Source: Abditibacteriaceae bacterium (GTDB lineage: Bacteria > Armatimonadota > Abditibacteriia > Abditibacteriales > Abditibacteriaceae). Taken from it: DNA of 32,221 bases. The stretch lies in assembly GCA_031372065.1 (NCBI GenBank), contig JANMKN010000182.1:1-32221 (forward strand). The letters run 5' to 3'. Position numbers and translations under genes: made by a program. Under the pieces are notes generated by a model. The model searched no databases. It was not told the origin of the DNA and worked only from the letters and a program-made list of their open reading frames with translations. Below, piece after piece: positions 25,016 to 32,221 of the stretch; the first letter of the stretch is position 1; each line of letters starts with the position of its first letter.

Positions 25016-26827
25016 TTACTTCAATGCGAACGGCCAGAGAATCGGAATGAGAGCCACGCAGATAACCCACAAAATGATGTTAAGCGGCAGGCCAATACGG
25101 GTAAAATCGGAGAATTTATAGCCACCGGGTCCGTAAACCATGAGGTTGGTTTGATAGCCAATCGGTGTGGCAAAGGCCAACGAAGCGGCGAACATAATCG
25201 CCACACAAAACGGGCGAGGGCTGATGCCCATTTGATGTGCGACAGCGAGGCCAAAGGGAAACATCAAAACTGCCGCCGCATTGTTGGATAAAAGTTCCGT
25301 GAAGATCATCGTCACTAAATATATTGTTGCCAGCACTGCGATTGGCCCCATTGTGCCCGCGTATTTTACGACGAATCCGGCGATGACTTCCGCAGCACCC
25401 GATTTATCCAGCGCCTTGCCCAGACCAAAAGAAGCGGCGATAGCGATCAATGTTTGCCAATTGATGCTCTCGCGCGCCGCCGAAGTGGACAGGCATCGTG
25501 TGGCAATCATTAAAGCGGCAATCGCAAAAGCACTAAGCGATACATCTATCACTTCTGTGATCATCAAAACTAATAATAGCCCCAGTAAAACCAGAGAAAT
25601 CACAGCGCGATCATGACGCAAAGGCCGCGATTCTTCGACGCCGCTGACTAAAATAAAATCGGGGTTGTTGCGATGTGCCCGCGCGAAGTGGGCGCCGGTT
25701 TGCAAGAGCAAAGTGTCGCCGGTGCGCAAAACGATGTCGCCGATGCGCCCCTGCAAGCGTTCGCCACCGCGATGCACGGCAACAATCGCCGCGTTATACA
25801 ACGCACGAAAATCGGCGCCGCGAATAGTGCGGCCAATCAGCGGCGAACTGGGCGAAATGACAGCTTCGGACAATGACCGCGCACGGCGTTTGGCCGGGTC
25901 GGCTTCATAGGCTTCATCCGCCACAGGCACCAGACCGGGAATGCGTTCCAAATCTACCACGGAAGTTACCACGCCCGAAAACGTCAGTTGATCGCCTTCG
26001 TGCAAAATCTGATCAGGCGTAACGGGGGCAATAGATTCAGTGCCGCGTGTCAGTTCTACCAGAAATAGGCCGGGCAAAGCGCGCAAACCCGATTCAGCCA
26101 CGGTTTTTCCGCTGAGGCGGCATCCCGGTTCAATTAGCATTGCCACCAAATAATCGCGCGCTGATTCATGCATTTGCTCCAACAAATCGCGACGATCAGG
26201 CAAAAGGCGCACGCCCCAAGTCAGCAGATAAAAAATACCTACGGCGGCGCAGGCAATGCCAAGCGGCGTGATTTCAAAAATTGCAGGCGGCGTCAGCGCC
26301 ACTTTCATCGGCCCTTCAGCGGTTTTGGCGGCATCACTCATCAAGCCGCGCATCACCAAGTTGGTGCTGGTGCCGATCATCGAACACACACCGCCTAAGA
26401 CTGTAATGAACGATAAGGGAATCAATAATTTGGAAGGCGAAACACGATGTTTGCGACACCAATCGGTCACGACGGGCAGCATCATCGCCACAATCGGCGT
26501 ATTGTTAAGCACCGCCGAAAAAACGGTCAGAAAAACCGCCATACGCCGCAAAACCGCTTTGGGGTTATCGGCCTTCATGATTTGTCTGCCCATTATGTCC
26601 AGCGCGCCAGTTTCACGCAACGCCGTTACGACAACGAACAAAGCTGCTACCGTGAGCATACCATCGTTGGAAAAACCGGAGAACAAATCTTTGGTCGTGA
26701 TGACACCCGCCAGCGCCAGCATAAGGCTGCCAGCCAGCAAAATGAGGTCGGGCGCCCCTATTTCCTTAACCAACGCAAGGAAAACCAGCGCCACAATGCC
26801 AATCGTAAACCAGCCTTGCCAATCCAT
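25016..26827 (-). CDS. SLC13/CitMHS-family permease with two TrkA-C domains
   Basis: SAVLNNTPIV, SMIGTSTNL, SPLIGRTIR, ELLSNNAAA, FATPIGYQTNLMVYGPGGYKFSDF. Confidence 0.94.
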   Translation of the reverse strand: MDWQGWFTIGIVALVFLALVKEIGAPDLILLAGSLMLALAGVITTKDLFSGFSNDGMLTVAALFVVVTALRETGALDIMGRQIMKADNPKAVLRRMAVFLTVFSAVLNNTPIVAMMLPVVTDWCRKHRVSPSKLLIPLSFITVLGGVCSMIGTSTNLVMRGLMSDAAKTAEGPMKVALTPPAIFEITPLGIACAAVGIFYLLTWGVRLLPDRRDLLEQMHESARDYLVAMLIEPGCRLSGKTVAESGLRALPGLFLVELTRGTESIAPVTPDQILHEGDQLTFSGVVTSVVDLERIPGLVPVADEAYEADPAKRRARSLSEAVISPSSPLIGRTIRGADFRALYNAAIVAVHRGGERLQGRIGDIVLRTGDTLLLQTGAHFARAHRNNPDFILVSGVEESRPLRHDRAVISLVLLGLLLVLMITEVIDVSLSAFAIAALMIATRCLSTSAARESINWQTLIAIAASFGLGKALDKSGAAEVIAGFVVKYAGTMGPIAVLATIYLVTMIFTELLSNNAAAVLMFPFGLAVAHQMGISPRPFCVAIMFAASLAFATPIGYQTNLMVYGPGGYKFSDFTRIGLPLNIILWVICVALIPILWPFALK

Positions 26828-26963
26828 AAATGTTCCTGAGAAATTCTATTTTTATACGAAGAGCCACAAAACGACACGCAGCAGTTTCGAGTGAAAAACG
26901 CGATTTTTGTGGCACCAATCGTGGCACCAATCGGTGATGCCACTAAAATGAGGGTAAACCACG

Positions 26964-26982
26964 CTTGGCAAGCCTTGCCAAG
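26964..26982. promoter_or_regulatory. Perfect palindrome, possible operator upstream of the permease
   Basis: CTTGGCAAG-C-CTTGCCAAG (9-1-9). Confidence 0.4.
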
Positions 26983-27005
26983 TCACAAAAGAAGCCTACT
27001 GACAC

Positions 27006-27037
27006 AAAAAGGCACGGGAAAGTTTTCCCGTGCCTTT
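27006..27037 (-). terminator. Intrinsic terminator of the oxidase operon
   Basis: AAAAAGGCACGGGAAA-GT-TTTCCCGTGCCTTT just downstream of the subunit IV stop; U-tract on the minus strand. Confidence 0.85.
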
Positions 27038-27048
27038 GAAAGTCAATT

Positions 27049-27459
27049 TTAAAATGTGTATTGTCCGGGATAGTGCGTCATGCCGCGTGACATATAGTCG
27101 CACAGCGTCATCACGAACAAGATGACTACCCAGTAAAACGCCGCGCCCGCAAAAACCCACACCAGTTTGCTGGAATAGCGAACGTGCATGAAATACAGAA
27201 TGATAATCACGGCTTTGATGACGGCAATTGTCATGGCGATGATGATGTTAAGCGCTGCAAAAAACGGATTGCCCGGCACCATCGCCGAAAAGTCAATCGC
27301 AGCCGCGCCCAAGGTGATAATGAGCAGCACCATCAACGACAGGATGACGATGACATAGGTTTTAACCGGCACGATATGGTGGCCCGGATCGTGGGTTTCC
27401 TCAATGTGAGGATTGGAATGATGATGCGAATCGTGATGGTCTGTTTTGGAATGCGACAT
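27049..27459 (-). CDS. ctaF: Cytochrome c oxidase subunit IV (caa3-type)
   Basis: Starts MSHSKTDHH at 27459 with TGATG coupling to subunit III; IAVIKAVIIILYFMHVRYS; three TM segments. Confidence 0.88.
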   Translation of the reverse strand: MSHSKTDHHDSHHHSNPHIEETHDPGHHIVPVKTYVIVILSLMVLLIITLGAAAIDFSAMVPGNPFFAALNIIIAMTIAVIKAVIIILYFMHVRYSSKLVWVFAGAAFYWVVILFVMTLCDYMSRGMTHYPGQYTF

Positions 27460-28334
27460 CAGTGACCTCCCGGATGGAATCCGGCAATGAGATAAAGCAA
27501 GGGGAAGAGAAACACCCACACAATGTCCACAAAGTGCCAGTAAAGTCCAAATATTTCTATTGGCTGATCGTTGCCGTTGCCAAAATGCCCGTTCATCGCC
27601 ATGAGAATCATCACCAGCAGAATCAAGGCACCCGCGACCATGTGGATGGCGTGCAAGCCAGTCATGCAAAAATACAGCATGAAATACATCTTCACTTCTT
27701 CGGATTTGACTGGTTTCTTGTGTTTGTAATCCCAGACGTAACCTTCAGGTGTCGGCCCTGCTTTCAGACCAGCTTCGTGTGCATGATGCGAAGTGCGCCA
27801 AGTTTGGCCGGTTTCATCCCAATTGCCGCGCGACCCGAAAGCCTGAAAATGCGGCACCATGCCTTCGTGGTAATCGGCAGACCACTCTATGCCTTTGATG
27901 CCCAAAAAAGCGCCGCCGAAAATCAAGGTGCCAATCATATAGGCCACCAATTTTTTGCGATCACCAATTTGCGCGCAATGGACGGCCATCGCCATTGTCA
28001 TCGAAGAAGCGAGCAGCACAAAGGTGTTGCCGGTGCCCAAATTAATATCAAGCTGCTGGCTGCCCAGCATGAACGCGTCATGAAACTTCCAGCGGAAAAA
28101 CGCATAACAAAAGAACAAACCGCTGAACATCATGATTTCGGTCATGAGGAACGTCCACATACCGATAGTGATGCTTTCGCGCTGTTGCACCATGTCATCG
28201 AAATGGTGCATCAACGGGCCATGATCATCGTGACCGTGGTCGTGGTCGCCGTGCGCTTCATGGGCGTCCTGATACGAAGTCGTGACAGGCGGCGGCGCAA
28301 CGGAATGCTCACTAACTTTGGTTTTAGTTGCCAT
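27459..28334 (-). CDS. ctaE: Cytochrome c oxidase subunit III
   Basis: [41 protein letters not shown]; likely start MATKTK at 28334. Confidence 0.93.
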   Translation of the reverse strand: MATKTKVSEHSVAPPPVTTSYQDAHEAHGDHDHGHDDHGPLMHHFDDMVQQRESITIGMWTFLMTEIMMFSGLFFCYAFFRWKFHDAFMLGSQQLDINLGTGNTFVLLASSMTMAMAVHCAQIGDRKKLVAYMIGTLIFGGAFLGIKGIEWSADYHEGMVPHFQAFGSRGNWDETGQTWRTSHHAHEAGLKAGPTPEGYVWDYKHKKPVKSEEVKMYFMLYFCMTGLHAIHMVAGALILLVMILMAMNGHFGNGNDQPIEIFGLYWHFVDIVWVFLFPLLYLIAGFHPGGH

Positions 28335-30204
28335 ACGGATTCTCCTTTCCGGTGGCGCCCGTGGCGTCGGCAGATTTCGCATTGCCCGTTACCGCTTGCG
28401 CAATGACAGCTTCGTTTTCGGGCGAGTGACCTTCTTCGAGTTGCATTCGCTCGCGGTCTGCTGCGATTTTGGCGCGTGCGGCAGCGAATTCCATTTCGGC
28501 GCGCTCCATATCTAAGCGAGCATCCTGAATTTCATCGTCTTCAGCAGAATACGCATACGGGCCGATGGTCACGATGGGAGTTTTATCAAAGTTGAAAGTG
28601 GTCGGCGGCGATGGGCACTGCCACTCCAAACCGGTGGCACGCCACGGATTTGGCCCAGCTCTTTCGCCCCATTTGAGCGACCACAGCAAGTAAAACACCG
28701 GCAAAATGTAGCCCAACGCCATTACTGTCGCGCCCGCAGTCGAAAGCACATTCATCACATGATATTCCGGGTCATACATCGCATAACGGCGTGGCATTCC
28801 GCAATATCCAGCGATGAATTGGGGCATAAACGTCAGGCTAAAGCCAACGAAAAGCGTCACTGCCGCCGTGCGGCCCCAACCTTCGGGATACATTCGGCCC
28901 GTCATCTTCGGCCACCAATAATGAATGCCCGCCATATAAGCCATGACTGTCGAACCAACCATAACGTAGTGAAAATGCGCCACCACGAAATAGGTGTCCT
29001 GCAAGTGAATATCCGTTGCCAGCGAGGACAAATACAAACCAGTCAAGCCGCCAATGGTGAACAAGCCAATAAAGCCAAGAGCGTAAATCATCGGTGTGTT
29101 CAAGCGCACCGAGCCTTTATAAAGCGTCGCTGTCCAGTTGAACACTTTAATCGCCGAGGGAATCGCCACAAGGAACGAGATAATCGAGAACACAATCGCC
29201 GACAGTGGAGACTGATCAGTGGTGAACATATGATGTCCCCACACCAAAAAGCTTAGAATCGCAATCGCCATGCTCGAAAAGGCGATGAAACGATAGCCGA
29301 ATACGGGTTTGCGCGAAAAGCAGGCAATAACTTCGGAAATGATTGCCATGCCCGGCAAAATCATGATGTAAACCGCCGGATGCGAGTAGAACCAGAACAA
29401 ATGCTGGAACAAAACCGGATCGCCGCCTTTGGTCGCATCGAACACACCGGCTTTGAAAACGATTTCGACAGCCAGCAGCAAAATCGTAATGGCAACTACG
29501 GGCGTGCCCAAAATCTGCAACAGGCTGGTGGCATACATTCCCCACACAAAAAGCGGCAGGCGAAACCACGTCATGCCCGGAGCACGCATTTTATGCACTG
29601 TAATGATGAAATTCAATCCGGTGAGAATCGAAGAAAACCCGGCGACAAAAACGCCCAGCGCTACGAAAACAATAGGCCCAGTCGTGTATTGACTCGACAA
29701 CGGCGCGTAGAACGTCCAACCCGTTGCCACACCGCCCGACGCCAGAGCGCCAAGCACCAACAAGGCGCCGACGATATAAAGATACCAACTAAACAAGTTG
29801 ATTTTGGGAAACGCAAGGTCTTTGGCGCCGATCATCATCGGCACGAAAAAGTTGCCCAGAATCGCCGGAATCGCCGGAATGATGAAGAAAAACACCATCA
29901 CGATGCCGTGCGCCGAAAACATTTTGTTATAGGTTTCGGGGCTGATTAAAAAGCCCTGCGGATCAAGCAAATCAATGCGCACCATGCCCGCTGCCGTGCC
30001 GCCCACAATGAACATCAGCGAAACCGAAATCAAATACAGCATCGCGATGCGCTTGTGATCGAGTGTGAACAGCCATGACCGGATGCCGGTGGTGGCATTG
30101 AGATAATTGATCGTCTCGCCCTGCGGTGTGAGGCCTTGCGCTGCGGGAACTTCTTCCGCAGGCCGCGAACTCAAACCCAAACCTTCCGCTGGTGTGCTAA
30201 CCAT
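28324..30204 (-). CDS. ctaD: Cytochrome c oxidase subunit I, type A2
   Basis: LDHKRI (D-channel Asp), [17 protein letters not shown] (YS motif of A2), [19 protein letters not shown]. Confidence 0.97.
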   Translation of the reverse strand: MVSTPAEGLGLSSRPAEEVPAAQGLTPQGETINYLNATTGIRSWLFTLDHKRIAMLYLISVSLMFIVGGTAAGMVRIDLLDPQGFLISPETYNKMFSAHGIVMVFFFIIPAIPAILGNFFVPMMIGAKDLAFPKINLFSWYLYIVGALLVLGALASGGVATGWTFYAPLSSQYTTGPIVFVALGVFVAGFSSILTGLNFIITVHKMRAPGMTWFRLPLFVWGMYATSLLQILGTPVVAITILLLAVEIVFKAGVFDATKGGDPVLFQHLFWFYSHPAVYIMILPGMAIISEVIACFSRKPVFGYRFIAFSSMAIAILSFLVWGHHMFTTDQSPLSAIVFSIISFLVAIPSAIKVFNWTATLYKGSVRLNTPMIYALGFIGLFTIGGLTGLYLSSLATDIHLQDTYFVVAHFHYVMVGSTVMAYMAGIHYWWPKMTGRMYPEGWGRTAAVTLFVGFSLTFMPQFIAGYCGMPRRYAMYDPEYHVMNVLSTAGATVMALGYILPVFYLLWSLKWGERAGPNPWRATGLEWQCPSPPTTFNFDKTPIVTIGPYAYSAEDDEIQDARLDMERAEMEFAAARAKIAADRERMQLEEGHSPENEAVIAQAVTGNAKSADATGATGKENPYGN

Positions 30205-30248
30205 ATACTTCCCTTCAGTCCTTCAATCTGACACGCAAAAACTAACTC

Positions 30249-31358
30249 TTACTGCACCTTCACGGGCGCCGGATTGATGCCGGTGCGGGCACGAATGTCA
30301 TCGGCTCCAATGTCGCTGGTGCGCTTGTTGTTGCCAGCACCCTGGCCCGGATAACCTTGCAATCCGCCACTACTGCTGCCGTTATGCGTGCCGTTGCTGG
30401 TCTTCAGCGTTTTGATGTATTCGATGATTTGCACGATTTCTTCTTCGCTCAACTTGCCTTTGAACGAAGGCATGATCGGCTTGAAACCAGCCGCAACTTC
30501 GTTGACAGGCAAGACGATGGCATCGTGGATATAACGATTATCTGCCGTGATGACTTTGGCCGGAATGCGCTCCAAAGGCACGCCATCCTGCGGAATCTGA
30601 ATCGGACGCTGCGCACCATACAAACCTTCGAGATATGGCGCACGCACATTGGAATTGGCCCCATGACAACCGCTGCAACCATGCTGGCGGAACAATTGTT
30701 CGCCTTTGGTCGACAGCGACTGATTAACATTGCCGGTTTGCAGCCATGATTCATATTCCGACGGCTCCAACACCACAACTTTGCCAATCATGCGGCTGTG
30801 ATCAGTGCCACAAAACTCGGCGCAAAACAAACGAAACGTGCCGGTTTTGGTGGCATTGAACCAGATTTGTGTGTAACGCCCCGGAATTACATCCGATTTC
30901 ACGCGAAATTCGGGAATAAAAAAGGCGTGAATCACATCTTCGGAAGTCATAGTGAGTTTCACGTTGCGGCCTTTGGGCACAGTTAAGGTGTTCATTTCCC
31001 AGCGGCCTTCAGGATGCTGCAACTTCCACATCCACTGCTTGCCGACAACGTAAATTTCTAAAGCGTCTTTGGGCACCACTTTGTTTTGGTAATACACCAC
31101 CGTTGACCAGCCGAAAATGACCAAGCAAATGATCATCGGAATCACTGACCATGTAATTTCCAAAACGTGATGTTCCAAAGGCGGATTCGAGCGATCTACT
31201 TTGGCACCGCGCCGGTAGCGCACCACGAAATAAATCATGGCGATAAAGATGCCCGCCGTGAAAATAAACGTCACGGCGTTCAGCAGGTGCATGATATTGT
31301 CAATCGGCCCCGCTTGCACCGATGCCTGTTCCGGCCAAATTGAAATTGATCCCTGCAT
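30249..31358 (-). CDS. ctaC: Cytochrome c oxidase subunit II with fused cytochrome c
   Basis: LEITWSVIP, GKQWMW, DVIHAF, CuA motif CAEFCGTDHSRM, heme c motif CSGCH with distal Met (IMPSF). Confidence 0.96.
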   Translation of the reverse strand: MQGSISIWPEQASVQAGPIDNIMHLLNAVTFIFTAGIFIAMIYFVVRYRRGAKVDRSNPPLEHHVLEITWSVIPMIICLVIFGWSTVVYYQNKVVPKDALEIYVVGKQWMWKLQHPEGRWEMNTLTVPKGRNVKLTMTSEDVIHAFFIPEFRVKSDVIPGRYTQIWFNATKTGTFRLFCAEFCGTDHSRMIGKVVVLEPSEYESWLQTGNVNQSLSTKGEQLFRQHGCSGCHGANSNVRAPYLEGLYGAQRPIQIPQDGVPLERIPAKVITADNRYIHDAIVLPVNEVAAGFKPIMPSFKGKLSEEEIVQIIEYIKTLKTSNGTHNGSSSGGLQGYPGQGAGNNKRTSDIGADDIRARTGINPAPVKVQ

Positions 31359-31402
31359 AGCGTTTCCAAAAATTCAGATCAAAATGTGTTGCCCCTGCTG
31401 CC

Positions 31403-32221
31403 TTATTTGGCGGCTGGCAAAACGTCTGAATGATTTTCTTTCTTTTTTTCCGCCTTCGTTTCTTCGCTGTCCAAAGCCCGCTGTGTTGCGCGTTTTTCGC
31501 GGCCTACGGCAATAGCAATCACAGATAAGCACAGCACGACAAACCCGGCACTAAACAATCGCAACACTTTCATAATGCTCAAGTTGTATTTTCCGGTTGT
31601 CGGGTCGTAATGAAAGCAACTCCACGCCAGATAATCCAGCGGCGAACCTATGCGCTCTTTGGAAGCATCCATCAAACCAAATTGCACATCGCGCGGCGGA
31701 TAATCCAAACGGTAAAAATAGCGCGACACTTTGCCTTCGGGCGTCGCCACCACAATGCCATCGGGGTGCGCATATTCGCCGGTTTTTTCAACATAAGCGT
31801 AGCGAAAACCAATGGCATCGCACAATTTGTCAATCGCTTCGTGTTGGCCCGTCAAAAAATGCCAACCGACTTCAGCGCTGGCTGCATCGCGCTCATACTG
31901 TTTGATGTAACCCTTTTTCGTTTCCGCCGCGATAGCGGGCGTTTCCGTTGGGTCAATGCTCACCGTAACAATTTGAAAATCGCGTCCGATAGTCGGCTTG
32001 ATTTGCTTCAAAGAGCGCAGCATTTCTTCGGCTCCCATCGGGCAAAGCATTCCGCAGCGATAATAAATCGGCAAAATAACAACCGGCGTTGTGCCGAAAA
32101 ATTGGCGCAGGGGCACGGTTTTTCCGCTTTCGTCGCGGAACTGCAAATCAAGCGGCACTTGATTGTCAAGTTTCTGGTCGAAGCCGACCTGATCTAAAAT
32201 CTTGTCGTCGCCGGTGCGAAT
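31403..32221 (-). CDS. SCO1/SenC family protein (5'-truncated by the window edge)
   Basis: Frame open to base 32221 (IRTGDDKILDQVGFDQKLDNQVPLD); YYRCGMLC (CxxxC), VSIDP, WHFLTG, YAHP, CFHYDP. Confidence 0.93.
   Translation of the reverse strand: MRTGDDKILDQVGFDQKLDNQVPLDLQFRDESGKTVPLRQFFGTTPVVILPIYYRCGMLCPMGAEEMLRSLKQIKPTIGRDFQIVTVSIDPTETPAIAAETKKGYIKQYERDAASAEVGWHFLTGQHEAIDKLCDAIGFRYAYVEKTGEYAHPDGIVVATPEGKVSRYFYRLDYPPRDVQFGLMDASKERIGSPLDYLAWSCFHYDPTTGKYNLSIMKVLRLFSAGFVVLCLSVIAIAVGREKRATQRALDSEETKAEKKKENHSDVLPAAK

Noticed and set aside
26909..26982. Sigma54 promoter
   Set aside because: TGGCA motifs are present, but none is followed by a TTGC-like -12 element at the canonical spacing.
27460..27669. 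N-terminal extension of subunit IV in the ORF track
   Set aside because: Lies within subunit III; the TGATG-coupled ATG at 27459 is the better start.
27462..28406. 314-aa plus-strand ORF
   Set aside because: Antisense shadow of oxidase subunit III.

Overview
Bacterial chromosomal window of respiratory and housekeeping genes interrupted by small accessory insertions; the lineage cannot be determined from sequence alone. Core content: 5'-truncated hslU; a partial complex I cluster (nuoC-D-E-F-ferredoxin-nuoG-H-I, with no nuoA/B or nuoJ-N in the window); pepD; a YkuD-family L,D-transpeptidase; an SLC13/TrkA-C permease; and, on the minus strand, SCO plus a caa3-type (A2) cytochrome c oxidase operon (subunits II, I, III, IV). 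Most unusual: (1) a REP-associated tyrosine transposase (RAYT) flanked by REP-like hairpins and followed directly by an indel-free array of 23 x 21-bp units with a fixed TTCCA(R)(Y) core, resembling the REP core, and variable interiors; (2) two compact AT-richer gene cassettes each bracketed by a duplicated 3' end of a host gene (hslU 21/22 bp; nuoI 63/64 bp) with no integrase nearby; (3) a 161-bp palindrome-bounded element whose removal puts a stop codon exactly in frame for its host gene; (4) heptamer/nonamer-repeat hairpins at several nuo gene junctions. No rRNA, tRNA or canonical CRISPR array was recognised.
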